Shown here: in pieces, positions 29,902-39,956 of the stretch
How positions within the stretch are numbered: the first letter of the stretch is position 1
How the letters are laid out: every line of letters starts with the position of its first letter
From: Pseudomonadota bacterium
GTDB taxonomy: Bacteria > Desulfobacterota > Desulfobacteria > Desulfobacterales > RPRI01
Direction: 5' to 3'
Length of the DNA: 64,000 bases
Assembly: GCA_043825875.1 (NCBI GenBank)
Contig: JBDRRF010000083.1
Coordinates: 32,001-96,000 of the forward strand
Notes under the pieces: model-generated
Seen by the model: only the letters and a program-made list of their open reading frames with translations
What the model was told of the DNA's origin: nothing
The model's database searches: none
Made by a program: the position numbers and the translations under genes

Positions 29902-30672
29902 TTAATCTGTCTTTTTCTGTGATGTCATAGCAGATGCTAAATCTATAAATGGCTTAAACATATCTATCGGAACAGGAAAAATAGTCGTTGTATTCTGTTC
30001 GGAAGACATTTCCCTCATGGTCTGAAGATACCTAAGCTGTAAGGCCATAGGATAATCCCCTATGATCTGTGCAGCTTCGGCAAGTTTAGTCGCAGCCTGC
30101 TGTTCGCCTTCCGCATTGATTATTTTAGCTCTCCGCTCTCTCTCAGCCTCAGCCTGCTTGGCCATTGCCCTTTGCATTTCCTGGGGAAGATCAATATGTT
30201 TAAGCTCTACAGTTGCAACCTTTATTCCCCATGGATCCGTATGCGTATCAAGTATCTCCTGTATCTGGGAATTTATTTTTTCTCTTTCCGATAAAAGATC
30301 ATCAAGCTCACCCTGACCGCAAATGCTTCTTATAGTAGTTTGTGCAAGCTGAGTCATCGCATACTGATAATTTTCAACTTCAATAACAGCCTTTACAGTA
30401 TCTATTACCCTGAAATAAATAACCGCATTAACCTTAACAGAGACATTATCCTTTGTAATTACATCCTGAGGATCAACATCTATTACAATAAGTCGAAGGC
30501 TGACTTTTACCATCTGGTCAACAAAAGGAATCAGGAGTATTATGCCAGGCCCCTTTGCCTTGATAACGCGTCCAAGCCTGAATATAACTCCCCGTTCATA
30601 TTCATTTAATATTCTAATGGATGTAGCAAGAAAAAATATTACAATAAACAATATGCCAATAAATGAATACAT
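29902..30672 (-). CDS. SPFH/stomatin (slipin) family protein
   Basis: [46 protein letters not shown]. Confidence 0.93.
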   Translation of the reverse strand: MYSFIGILFIVIFFLATSIRILNEYERGVIFRLGRVIKAKGPGIILLIPFVDQMVKVSLRLIVIDVDPQDVITKDNVSVKVNAVIYFRVIDTVKAVIEVENYQYAMTQLAQTTIRSICGQGELDDLLSEREKINSQIQEILDTHTDPWGIKVATVELKHIDLPQEMQRAMAKQAEAERERRAKIINAEGEQQAATKLAEAAQIIGDYPMALQLRYLQTMREMSSEQNTTTIFPVPIDMFKPFIDLASAMTSQKKTD

Positions 30673-30720
30673 TTTATTCTCCTTTTTATGTTAAAGTTAA
30701 GTTGGAATTGCAAAACGCTT

Positions 30721-32007
30721 TTATTTATCAATCTGCTCGACTTCCAAAATCAGGTTATCTATTTCAACAATCTTAACTTTAGTTCCTTCAGACAAAGGAA
30801 TTTTTGATCTTGCTTTCCACAACTCACCATGCACAAAAACCTTTCCTTCCGGCATGATATCTTTTTTTACTATTCCTGTTTCTCCAATCAAACCTTCAGA
30901 ACCCGATCTTGATTTCGAAACCTGAGCTTTAAAAATAAGTGCGGAAACAGTTACAAAAAAAAGCGAAATAAAAATCACTGTTGGAAGAAGAACATCAAGC
31001 GAAACCCTCATGCCTGGAACCGATCCTTCAAAAAGCATAAGAGAGCCTAATAAGAATGATATAACGCCTGCCACACTTAACATTCCGTAACTGGCAATCT
31101 TCATCTCCAAAATAAAAAATATAACAGCAAGCGCTATAAGAAGCATACCTGCATAGTTTATTGGAAGTACCTGAAAAGAAAAAAATGCCAGTATAAGCGA
31201 GATCCCACCTACTACTCCCGGGAAAACCGCACCCGGATGCGCCATCTCAAAATAAAGGCCAGCAAGCCCTATCATCATAAGAATATAAGAAATATTCGGA
31301 TTCCCGATAGTTTTTAGAATCTTTGTTCTAAGAGTCTCTTTGTATTTGGTTATCTTATATTCATCAAGCTTTAATATACCTTTGCCCTTAATTTTTCGTC
31401 CATTTATTTTTTTTATCAAATCATCAAGATTTTTTGCCGTAAGATCAATTACATTTTCTTTAAGCGCTTCTGCTTCAGTAATAGATACACTTTTTCGAAC
31501 TGCATTTTCCGCCCACTCAACATTCCTGAATCGTGTTGCTGCAATGCTTCTGGCGTATGCGGCCATGTCGTTTGTAATTTTATCAGACATTGTTCCGCCT
31601 ATATCTTTTCCTCCTGCTCCCACAGGATGCGCAGCTCCGATATTTGTACCAGGAGCCATTGCTGCTATATCCGCAGCCATAGTGATTATAACTCCGGCAG
31701 AAGCCGCCCTTGCTCCGTCAGGCGCAACATAAACCACAACCGGAATCTTTGATGCAAGAATATCAACAACCATTCCCCGCATAGATTCAGCAAGCCCTCC
31801 CGGAGTATTAAGTTTTATTATGATGCAGCCAAAACCGTTTTTCTCGGCATACTTTATTCCGCTTTTTAAATAATCGGCAATACCCGGATTTATATCTGCT
31901 GAAATATTGATCAGACATATATCCTGCCCGCCGGCAAAAACATAATTTGCGGGGATAAGTATAAAAAAAGACAGGAAAAATAATATTCCGTATACTACGG
32001 TTTTCAT
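30721..32007 (-). CDS. nfeD: NfeD membrane-bound serine protease
   Basis: LNTPGG, ARAASAG, APGTNIGAAHP, TM region, C-terminal GELWKA OB fold; adjacent to SPFH gene. Confidence 0.9.
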   Translation of the reverse strand: MKTVVYGILFFLSFFILIPANYVFAGGQDICLINISADINPGIADYLKSGIKYAEKNGFGCIIIKLNTPGGLAESMRGMVVDILASKIPVVVYVAPDGARAASAGVIITMAADIAAMAPGTNIGAAHPVGAGGKDIGGTMSDKITNDMAAYARSIAATRFRNVEWAENAVRKSVSITEAEALKENVIDLTAKNLDDLIKKINGRKIKGKGILKLDEYKITKYKETLRTKILKTIGNPNISYILMMIGLAGLYFEMAHPGAVFPGVVGGISLILAFFSFQVLPINYAGMLLIALAVIFFILEMKIASYGMLSVAGVISFLLGSLMLFEGSVPGMRVSLDVLLPTVIFISLFFVTVSALIFKAQVSKSRSGSEGLIGETGIVKKDIMPEGKVFVHGELWKARSKIPLSEGTKVKIVEIDNLILEVEQIDK

Positions 32008-32702
32008 ATATTTTTATTGCCTTTCATTAAGCCAATAAGCTTTTTCATATCTTCCCATACATCGCGTTTTTTTTCAGGATTTCGCAAAAGATACGCAGGA
32101 TGATATGTAGGCATGACTTGCATGCCCCGATAGTCAAATAAACGTCCTCTTAATTTTGAAATCGGCTCATTCGTTTCAAGCAGGGTCTGTGCCGCAAAAG
32201 TACCTAGTGCACAAATATAGTCAGGGCCGATTGCATCAAGCTGGCGTTTTAAAAACGGAAAACATGCCTTTATTTCATCAGTCTCAGGATTCCGGTTTGA
32301 AGGCGGGCGGCACTTTATAATATTGCAGATATATACCTCATCTCTTTTAAGATTAATAGCTTCAATTATCTTGGTTAAAAGCTGCCCTGCCCTTCCTACA
32401 AAAGGCTCTCCCTTTTTATCTTCATCAGAACCAGGGCCTTCTCCAACAAAAACAAGCTTTGCATTGTGATTTCCCGTACCAAATACAATATTTGTTCGTC
32501 CGCTGCAAAGCTTGCATCTTTTGCATTCTTTTAGTTCGCTTTGTATTGTATCAAGAGATTCAGTGGTTGCAGATGATATTTTATCAAGTTTATTTAGCAT
32601 ATCGATGGTTTTTTCTGAGCAATCAAACCCGGCACAACCTGTTTTTGCCATGAAATTTAGCGTTGCGTTGATTTCTTTTAAAACATCATAAACATCTTCC
32701 AT
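32004..32702 (-). CDS. Uracil-DNA glycosylase family 4
   Basis: CxxCxL Fe-S motif, GEGPG, PFVGRAG, KCRPP, TYHPAYLLR. Confidence 0.93.
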   Translation of the reverse strand: MEDVYDVLKEINATLNFMAKTGCAGFDCSEKTIDMLNKLDKISSATTESLDTIQSELKECKRCKLCSGRTNIVFGTGNHNAKLVFVGEGPGSDEDKKGEPFVGRAGQLLTKIIEAINLKRDEVYICNIIKCRPPSNRNPETDEIKACFPFLKRQLDAIGPDYICALGTFAAQTLLETNEPISKLRGRLFDYRGMQVMPTYHPAYLLRNPEKKRDVWEDMKKLIGLMKGNKNI

Positions 32703-32750
32703 GTTTTTTGCTTTCTTATAAAGCCAACTTTTACTTTATCAATTTACGAA

Positions 32751-33977
32751 TTACTTTTTCTTATCCAAGTTCTTAATACGGTCGAGAAGAGCATGGGCAA
32801 CCATGTCTTTTTCCATGAGCGGCAAATGTTCTTTTTCTCCGTTTCTGAAAAAAAACACTACCTCATTTGTATCCATGCCGAAAACCGGGGATCTTTCGTT
32901 ATTGTTTTCATCGCTTCTTTCACCCACAAGATTTCCGACAATAATATCAAGGTTTTTTCTGGCAAGTTTATCCCTTGCATTTTCTTCCAGCTTTTGCGTT
33001 TCCGCAGCAAATCCGACTAAGACACAATTTTTTTTATTTTTTCCAAGTTTAAGCAAAATATCTTCATTTTTGCTAAGAACAAGCGATATTTCATCATGGC
33101 TTTTTTTAATCTTTTCGTAAGCGGCCTCTTTTGGCCTGTAATCCGAAACTGCTGCTGTTTTGATTATTATGTCATAATCTTTAGCCTTATCAAAAACCGC
33201 TTTCGCCATATCATTTGCAGAAACAACCTTAACTGTATCAACATTAACAGGCGGGCTAAGGTTTACAGGACCTGAAACAAGCGTAACATCAGCGCCCCTG
33301 TGCTCGGCAGCTCTTGCTATAGCATAACCCATTTTGCCTGAAGACGGATTACTTATAAACCTTACCGGATCTAAATGTTCTCTTGTAGGGCCGGCAGTCA
33401 CCAGTATTTTCTTGCCTTTAAAATCTTTGGGGCAAAGGCTGTAAATAAGTCTGTCCAATATTTCTTCAGGTTCCGGGAGACGTCCCTGCCCGCTGGTACC
33501 GCAGGCAAGTTCGCCTGAAGCCGGCTCTACAATAAAAAACCCGTCTTTTTTTAAAATTTCAATATTTCTTTGAACGGAAATTTTTTGATACATATTTGTA
33601 TTCATTGAAGGACAAATTAACACAGGACAAGTAACTGCAAGTAGAAATGTACTTAAAGCATCATCTGCTATTCCGTTTGCAATTTTACCTATAATATTGG
33701 CAGTGGCAGGCGCAACAACAACAGCATCAACATCTTTGGCCCATTCAATATGTCTTATTTCAGCATTTGAGCCCTTCTCAAAAGAATTCATATATACGGG
33801 TTTTCCCGAAAGAGCTTCAAATGTGAGAGGGCCTACAAAGTAAGTAGCATTATGTGTCATGGCAACACGCACGTTTGCTTCCTGCTTTTGAATAAGCCTT
33901 AAAAGTTCAGCACTTTTATATGCAGCAATCCCACCGCTTATTCCGATAACAATATTCTTATTCTTCATTTGTGCCAT
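32751..33977 (-). CDS. coaBC: Phosphopantothenoylcysteine decarboxylase/ligase
   Basis: GGIAAYK, PSMNTNM, LACG, TAGPTRE.DPVRFISN.SSGKMG, VGFAAET. Confidence 0.96.
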   Translation of the reverse strand: MAQMKNKNIVIGISGGIAAYKSAELLRLIQKQEANVRVAMTHNATYFVGPLTFEALSGKPVYMNSFEKGSNAEIRHIEWAKDVDAVVVAPATANIIGKIANGIADDALSTFLLAVTCPVLICPSMNTNMYQKISVQRNIEILKKDGFFIVEPASGELACGTSGQGRLPEPEEILDRLIYSLCPKDFKGKKILVTAGPTREHLDPVRFISNPSSGKMGYAIARAAEHRGADVTLVSGPVNLSPPVNVDTVKVVSANDMAKAVFDKAKDYDIIIKTAAVSDYRPKEAAYEKIKKSHDEISLVLSKNEDILLKLGKNKKNCVLVGFAAETQKLEENARDKLARKNLDIIVGNLVGERSDENNNERSPVFGMDTNEVVFFFRNGEKEHLPLMEKDMVAHALLDRIKNLDKKK

Positions 33978-34003
33978 AGTTTACATACCCGCAAAAATAA
34001 AAT

Positions 34004-34540
34004 TTATTTGATTAAGCCCGAATTGTTATCAGCAACCGAGGGTGCAACCCAAATCTCAACATCCGTAAACACAGTACCGTCAATAACATTTACGACACAC
34101 CATCTGTTTTCCTTCTGGAATAACATTAGTGTGCGTGGGGATTTAAATAAACTGACAAGTTTCCAATTATCTTTAGCCATATTATTTTCAAAAAAAGTGC
34201 AAAGAGAGTTAAGCTCAACTCTCCCACTTAATGCAAGAACACCTGCGGGAAGGCCTACTGTTTTATAAATAAAAGATTTTTCTGTGTTTATTTTAAGCTC
34301 TTTTGGAATAAGAACATCACCAAAATCCAAGTAACTGGGCAAATCTCCATTTTTTTTCTGAACATAAGAGCTTGACTTGGCGCTGTTTTCATCCTTGCTT
34401 AAAGATGCGCATCCGGAAATTAAAATCATAAGAGCCGCACATATCATGGCAAATACCTTAATATTGCCAAACCGCCTGATTTGAAACATATTAATCCTCC
34501 TTATAGTTAAATTTGAACATACAAAAATAATTTTTGCCAT
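34004..34540 (-). CDS. Conserved lipoprotein of unknown function
   Basis: Lipobox LISGC; DFGDVLIP. Start is probably the internal ATG (MFQIRR). Confidence 0.7.
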   Translation of the reverse strand: MAKIIFVCSNLTIRRINMFQIRRFGNIKVFAMICAALMILISGCASLSKDENSAKSSSYVQKKNGDLPSYLDFGDVLIPKELKINTEKSFIYKTVGLPAGVLALSGRVELNSLCTFFENNMAKDNWKLVSLFKSPRTLMLFQKENRWCVVNVIDGTVFTDVEIWVAPSVADNNSGLIK

Positions 34541-34685
34541 AATAGCATAAACAAACTACATATGGCAATAAACTTGAAACACGAGATTTGCTGGCATTTG
34601 ACATATCATGACATAAGTTATACTTTTTAAGCTATAGCTGATAAGATCTTAAATTATCCAAATTTCATAATAGTAGAAAATTAAA

Positions 34686-35117
34686 ATGGTTACAAAAGTA
34701 GAAGCCATATATTATCCGGATAGTACAACAAAATGCGAGAGACCACTGTTCATGGTGCCGGTTACAGCAGGTTTCCCGTCACCTGCCGAAGATTATATCG
34801 AGGGAAAACTTGATTTAAATAAGCATCTTATAAAACATCCTGCCGCAACATTCTTTGTAAGGGTTGCGGGCGATTCCATGATTGATGCCGGAATACATCC
34901 TGGGGATATTCTTATTGTGGACCGCTCTCTTGAACCGGCCGATAAGAAGGTGGTAATAGCGATTATTGATGGAGAACTTACAGTCAAAAGAATCAGAATA
35001 AACAAGGGTAGGATTTATCTGATACCGGAAAATGAAAAATACAAACCTATAGAGATAGAAAAAGAGATGAATTTTGATATCTGGGGTGTTGTGACAAATG
35101 TTATACATCCTCTTTGA
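34686..35117 (+). CDS. umuD: DNA polymerase V subunit UmuD (S24 peptidase)
   Basis: AGFPSPAEDY cleavage site, GDSM Ser, TVKR Lys; no DNA-binding domain. Confidence 0.95.
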   Translation: MVTKVEAIYYPDSTTKCERPLFMVPVTAGFPSPAEDYIEGKLDLNKHLIKHPAATFFVRVAGDSMIDAGIHPGDILIVDRSLEPADKKVVIAIIDGELTVKRIRINKGRIYLIPENEKYKPIEIEKEMNFDIWGVVTNVIHPL

Positions 35118-35161
35118 TATCAGGTTTTTTATTATTGCCAGAAAAAAAGTAACGGATATTT

Positions 35162-36442
35162 ATGTCTTCAATTTTTGCATTGGCTGACTGCAACAACTTT
35201 TATGTTTCCTGCGAACGTGTTTTCAACCCGAAGCTTGAGGGAAAACCTGTTGTTGTGCTTTCCAACAACGATGGTTGTATAGTTTCAAGGTCAAATGAAG
35301 CAAAAACGCTCGGCATAAAAATGGCCGCTCCCGTATTTGAGCTGTCCGGCATGATTAAAAGGCACGAAGTAAAGGTCTTTTCGTCCAATTATGCACTCTA
35401 CGGCGACATGTCGCAGCGGGTTATGGAAACCCTTTCCGGGTTTGCAGAAGACATCGAAATCTATTCCATTGATGAAGCTTTTCTTGATTTATCCGGATTC
35501 AGTTATGAAAACCTAACCGAGTACGGGCAAAAGATCTGTTCTGCTGTAAAACAATGGACAGGAATTCCCGTATCCATAGGTATAGCCAAAACAAAAACTC
35601 TTGCTAAAATTGCAAATAAAACTGCTAAAAAAACACCGGGAACAAAGGCAGTCATAGATCTTACTGTCTCCTCCCGCCTAGAAAGTGCACTTGCCACAAC
35701 AAAAGTATCGGACATCTGGGGTATAGGAAGCAGCTACTCTGAATTTCTTGAAAGAACAGGTATAAAAAACGCCCTTCAGCTACGAGATGCAAATAGTCTC
35801 CTCATAAATCGGATAAAGCGCAAATTGGGAGTCTGGGGCACAAGGATAATACAGGAACTGCAAGGGATTCCCTGTTATTCGATTGAAACCTGCCCTCCGC
35901 CCAAGAAGGGAATTACCGCTTCAAGAACCTTCAAGCATCCGATTGAAAACCTTTCGGCACTTAAAGAAGCAATTGCAACTTATATCTCCATTGGTGCTGA
36001 AAAACTGCGCATGGAAAAGTCGCTTACCTCTTCGCTTTCAGTTTTTTTGATGACAAACAGGTTTAAGGTTAAAGACTTTTATTATGACCTTAAAACAATA
36101 GAGCTCCCTGTTGCAACCAATGATACGGGAGAGCTTATAGGATATGCAAGCAAGGCTCTCGAAGAGATATATAAAAAAGGCCGTATGTATAAAAAGGCTG
36201 GGATTATGTTCAAAGATTTGTTGCACGATACCCGTATTCAAATGGGTCTTTTTGATGTCAGAGACCGGAATCGCTCGGAAAAACTGATGAAAGCTCTTGA
36301 TACCGTGAACCTTAAAATGGGCTCAGACACCCTGGTTTATGCGGCAACAGGTCTTGCAACAGCCAAACCCTGGCATACTGTTTTTGAAAAACGTTCTCCT
36401 TTTTATACGACAAACTGGAATCAGATCCCGAAAGTTTGGTAA
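35162..36442 (+). CDS. umuC: Y-family DNA polymerase UmuC
   Basis: DCNNFYVSCE, LSNNDGC, YSIDEAF, C-terminal SPFYTTNW. Confidence 0.95.
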   Translation: MSSIFALADCNNFYVSCERVFNPKLEGKPVVVLSNNDGCIVSRSNEAKTLGIKMAAPVFELSGMIKRHEVKVFSSNYALYGDMSQRVMETLSGFAEDIEIYSIDEAFLDLSGFSYENLTEYGQKICSAVKQWTGIPVSIGIAKTKTLAKIANKTAKKTPGTKAVIDLTVSSRLESALATTKVSDIWGIGSSYSEFLERTGIKNALQLRDANSLLINRIKRKLGVWGTRIIQELQGIPCYSIETCPPPKKGITASRTFKHPIENLSALKEAIATYISIGAEKLRMEKSLTSSLSVFLMTNRFKVKDFYYDLKTIELPVATNDTGELIGYASKALEEIYKKGRMYKKAGIMFKDLLHDTRIQMGLFDVRDRNRSEKLMKALDTVNLKMGSDTLVYAATGLATAKPWHTVFEKRSPFYTTNWNQIPKVW

Positions 36443-36453
36443 TATAAAATTAT

Positions 36454-37146
36454 ATGTGTGGAAGATTCACCCAATTCAGTCCTTTAAAAATACTTAAGCA
36501 GAAATTTCAAATTGATTCTGTTACATGTGAATTTGCGCCTAATTACAATGTAGCCCCCTCTCAGGAAGTACTTGCGATCGTAAAACAGGATAATAAATAT
36601 AATCTGGAAAAGCTACATTGGGGATTGGTACCAATTTGGGCAAAGGACATTTCAACCGGTTTTCACATGATAAATGCAAGAATTGAAACCATTGCAACCA
36701 AACCCGCTTTCAAAGATGCGTTAAAAAAACACAGGTGCCTGATTATTGCAGACGGTTTTTATGAATGGAAAGGAGAAAAAGGCCGGAAACAGCCATATTA
36801 TATAACTACTGCTTCAGGTGAACCATTCGCATTTGCCGGGTTATGGAATAAATGGAACAAAAATAAAGACGATGCAGGACCTGCTTACAAGTCATGTACT
36901 ATTATAACGACAAAAGCAAGCAAATCAATTAGTGAGCTTCATGATAGAATGCCTGTTATCCTTTCATCAAAATACCATGAACTGTGGTTAAATCCCGAAA
37001 TACAATCTCCAAAAGATTTGGATGCTATATTCCATGATGGTATGACAAGCGAAATGAAATACTACCCGGTTTCAAAACAAGTAAACTTTGCTAAGAACAA
37101 CAACCCTTCTTGTGTGGAGCCGGTAACACCGGATAATTTTATATAG
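36454..37146 (+). CDS. SOS response-associated peptidase (SRAP/YedK/HMCES)
   Basis: N-terminal MCGRF, INARIE, GFYEW, HDRMPVIL. Confidence 0.95.
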   Translation: MCGRFTQFSPLKILKQKFQIDSVTCEFAPNYNVAPSQEVLAIVKQDNKYNLEKLHWGLVPIWAKDISTGFHMINARIETIATKPAFKDALKKHRCLIIADGFYEWKGEKGRKQPYYITTASGEPFAFAGLWNKWNKNKDDAGPAYKSCTIITTKASKSISELHDRMPVILSSKYHELWLNPEIQSPKDLDAIFHDGMTSEMKYYPVSKQVNFAKNNNPSCVEPVTPDNFI

Positions 37147-37149
37147 AAT

Positions 37150-37242
37150 ATGTCCTGAAACTCCACCCGGTGTGATTTGAGATTTTACTATTTCTGAAAT
37201 TTCTTTAAATTGTTCCACTAGTCGTGAAGGAACGGAAAGCAT
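37150..37242 (-). pseudogene. Possible 5' remnant of an integron-integrase-like gene
   Basis: ATG 37242 gives MLSVPSRLVEQFKE, continuing after a frameshift as FRNSKISNH. From memory this resembles the N-terminal extension of long deltaproteobacterial IntI. It has an upstream sigma54-like promoter and is divergent from attC-bearing genes. Confidence 0.35.
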
Positions 37243-37309
37243 ATAATCTTCTCTTGCCGTGCATTTTGATAAATAACATGATATCTGGAATGTTGAAAAC
37301 ATATATTAT

Positions 37310-37325
37310 TGCAAAAGCCTTGCCA
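37310..37325 (-). promoter_or_regulatory. Putative sigma54 (-24/-12) promoter
   Basis: Minus strand TGGCAA-GGCTT-TTGCA versus consensus TGGCAC-N5-TTGCW. Confidence 0.55.
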
Positions 37326-37554
37326 ATAGGATATGCACAAGTAACTTAAATTCAAATTATTATCAGCAGTTAAAAAGTATAGTATACTTAAAGATATAAG
37401 TTACCGAACAAGTCATAATCGTTAAACTTTTGTTTGAAATTATAATTTTATTTCTACACCTTTCTGGTGATCATACGAAATTACAAGAACACCGGAACTG
37501 GTGATCAACTGGCGCATAACAGACTGGCATCATATAATTTAATGAGGAGGTACT

Positions 37555-38172
37555 ATGAAAATGATCAAAGGAATTGGCGTGGCCTTACTGACTTTACTTA
37601 TTCTATGCATTTGCAGCAGCTCTTCATCTGCTGAAAAGCCGATAAACAAGACAGCAACAATAAAGCTGAAGATTCTTTCTGAATCAATGACCATGGAAGA
37701 TTTAACCAAAATTCAGGAAGTAATACAGGCTGGAGCCGATGTTAATGTGAGAAATTCTTACGGCAATACTCCACTAAATTCAGCGTCGTTAAAAGGCCAA
37801 GCTGAAATTGTAAAGCTGCTATTGGCGGCTGGGGCTGACGTTAATGCAGTTGACAGAAACGGCGCTACTCCACTGTTTGTATCGGCCAATGGTCACACTG
37901 AAGTTGTGAAACTGCTGCTTGCGGCAGGAGCTGATGTGAATGCAGCTGTCAAAGATGGCAGTACTTCACTGTTTGTGGCGTTAATTGGTGGCCATACAGG
38001 AGTTATAAAACTGTTGCTTGCGGCCGGGGCTGATGTTAATTTGGTCAACAAAAATTTCCAAACTCCGCTGTTTGCGGCGTCCCTGCTTGGTCACACTGAA
38101 GTTGTGAAACTGCTGCTTGCGGCAGGAGCTGATGTGAATGCAGCTTCCGGTAGTAAAGTAGGGGTCAAGTAA
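37555..38172 (+). CDS. Secreted ankyrin-repeat protein, C-terminally truncated
   Basis: Signal peptide and four GxTPL...GH.EVVKLLLAAGADVN repeats. The frame ends abruptly in unrelated GTAGGGGTCAAGT repeats. Confidence 0.85.
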   Translation: MKMIKGIGVALLTLLILCICSSSSSAEKPINKTATIKLKILSESMTMEDLTKIQEVIQAGADVNVRNSYGNTPLNSASLKGQAEIVKLLLAAGADVNAVDRNGATPLFVSANGHTEVVKLLLAAGADVNAAVKDGSTSLFVALIGGHTGVIKLLLAAGADVNLVNKNFQTPLFAASLLGHTEVVKLLLAAGADVNAASGSKVGVK

Positions 38173-38192
38173 AGTAGAAAGTAGGGGTCAAG
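38158..38192. repeat. Tandem GTAGGGGTCAAGT REP/RAYT-end-like motifs
   Basis: Two copies at the ankyrin breakpoint, about 260 bp upstream of the RAYT start. Confidence 0.55.
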
Positions 38193-38223
38193 TCCGCTTT
38201 TAGCTCTTAATCTATTAATAAAA

Positions 38224-38359
38224 GTTCGCGGTAGGAATGCCGATTACTCGGCACCCCCCGCACAGATCCCAGCATGCACTGCTAATGCACTGAGCTCCTG
38301 CTTCAAGTTTTGACGCGCATGCGTTCCAGCGGATAAGGATGACAGATAAAAGGGGGCAA
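38224..38359 (-). mobile_element. Group II intron 3' fragment (IEP C-terminus, domains V and VI)
   Basis: Minus strand LPPFICHPYPLERMRVKT*, then DV GAGCTCAGTGCATTAGCAGTGCATGCTGGGATC, linker TGTGCGGGGGG, and DVI TGCCGAGTAATCGGCATTCCTACCGCGAAC. Confidence 0.85.
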
Positions 38360-38453
38360 GCGTGGTCAAACCTTGAGTGCGGCCGAGAATAACTTGGGGA
38401 CATTCTAAACTATTAAACTTGATTAATGCTGGCTGATATGTTAATTGAGTTTT

Positions 38454-39461
38454 ATGCCAAGAAAATCACGAATAGATGCTCCGGGAGCGATGCATCATAT
38501 AATTGTCAGGGGAATTGACAGGCAGAAAATATTTAAAAATGATGAAGACCGGGATCATTTTCTAAGCCGTCTGGGTATTATCCTGACAGAAACGAAAACA
38601 GATTGCTAAGCATGGGCTCTTATCCCCAACCATTTTCATTTACTGCTAAGAACCGGTAACGTTTCCATCTCAACGACAATGAGACGGCTCTTGACCGGAT
38701 ACGCACTATGGTACAACCGCAGACACCGCAGATCTGGACATCTGTTTCAAAACCGCTACAAATCTATTTTATGCCAGGAAGGCTCTTACTTATTGGAACT
38801 GGTGCGCTACATCCATCTAAACCCTCTAAGGGCCGGGCTTGTTCCTGATTTAACAACGTTGGACAATTATCCATACTGCGGCCATAGTGTTTTGATGGCA
38901 AAGACAAACTGTGATTGGCAGAATACGGATAAGGTTTTAGGGCTTTTTGGCGAAAAAGCCGGTAAGGCAAGGAGAACCTACCGACAATTTTTTAACAAAG
39001 GGGTTGATCAAGGGAAACGAACAGATCTAACAGGCGGCGGTCTTATTCGTAGCATGGGTGGATGGGCTGCGGTAAAGGCGCTTCGAGCGGCAAAGGTTTT
39101 TGAGAAGGGTGACGAGAGGATTTTGGGAGATGGCGAATTTGTTGAAAGTGTGCTTAAAGCTGCTAACGAGCAAATGGAAAATAAATATGCTCTTCTGGTT
39201 CGCGGCTTTAACTTAAACGGGGTAGCAAGCAGAGTTGCCGAAGTTCTTGCAGTTGAACCGGATAAAGTCTGGGCTGCCGGGAGACAGCGGGAAACTGTTC
39301 AGGCGCGCAGCCTATTGTGCTATTGGGCAGTCAGAAAGTTGGGAGTAACAATGACATCGCTTTCCCGTCGATTGAATATAACAGTAACAGCTGTTAGCAA
39401 ATCTGTAATACGTGGCGAGAAACTCGCAAAGGCAAATAACTATTTGCTTTTCGATAAGTAA
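38454..39461 (+). pseudogene. REP-associated tyrosine transposase (RAYT, Y1 HUH) with a premature stop
   Basis: MPRKSRIDAPGAMHHIIVRG, NHFH, GHLFQNRYKS, RYIHLNP. In-frame TAA at 38607-38609 where the second copy has TAT. Confidence 0.9.
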
Positions 39462-39493
39462 GTTTATAAGTGTAATGCGTTCCCTATCTTCCA

Positions 39494-39508
39494 CCATGCC
39501 GGGCGTAC
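39494..39508 (-). mobile_element. 5' tip of a group IIC intron inserted in an attC site
   Basis: Minus strand reads ...GCT-TTGT|GTACGCCCGGCATGG: a class C 5' end directly after the TTGT target. Confidence 0.7.
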
Positions 39509-39590
39509 ACAAAGCAAATTAACCTGATGCCGAGTAAGTAAGATTCTAAATCCATTAACGGCGGCGGCGTAGGTTATTTCCGCATTACCT
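39509..39590 (+). other. Degenerate integron attC-like site 1
   Basis: ACAAAGCAAATTAACCTGATGCC...GGCGTAGGTTATTTCCGCATTACC imperfect inverted repeat. Its left end is interrupted by the intron tip. Confidence 0.6.
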
Positions 39591-39608
39591 AAATTTTAGA
39601 AATTGACC

Positions 39609-39636
39609 TTGACAAGATACGCCAATGGCGTATAAT
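39609..39636 (+). promoter_or_regulatory. Consensus sigma70 promoter with overlapping palindromic operator
   Basis: TTGACA-N16-TATAAT. Perfect IR ATACGCCA-A-TGGCGTAT at 39617-39633. ATG lies 5 nt after the -10 box. Confidence 0.85.
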
Positions 39637-39641
39637 GTATT

Positions 39642-39956
39642 ATGCTTTTTATAGAAACAACTATATTTACGAAGGAAATTCATCGACTAACGACCGATGA
39701 TAATTATCGGATGCTCCAGACTGCTTTAATGCTCCGGCCGGACGCCGGAAGTCTGATCAAAGGGAGTGGAGGCTTACGAAAAATCCGTTGGAATCTTCCG
39801 GGACTTTGAAAAAGAGGAGCATTGCGGGTAATTTACTACTTGAATCTTCCTGACACTATTTTTATGCTTTTTCCATACAGAAAGAACGAACAGGAAGATC
39901 TTACGACGGAACAGCTCAAGCTGCTCCGTAAATTTGTTAAGGAGTTTTTATCATGA
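39642..39956 (+). pseudogene. RelE/HigB-like toxin with in-frame TGA
   Basis: MLFIETTIF...GSGGLRKIRW...L*KRGALRVIYY...YRKNEQEDLT. TGA at 39807-39809 replaces the Gly of the GKRG motif. ATGA overlap with the antitoxin. Confidence 0.85.

Noticed and set aside
34550..37550. attL copy of the tRNA-Cys 3' end marking a tRNA-integrated element
   Set aside because: I found no repeat of TGGAGGCGGCATCCAG by eye at the left boundary.
39807..39809. Selenocysteine recoding of the toxin TGA
   Set aside because: The position corresponds to a conserved Gly (GGA to TGA), not Cys, and I see no convincing SECIS hairpin.
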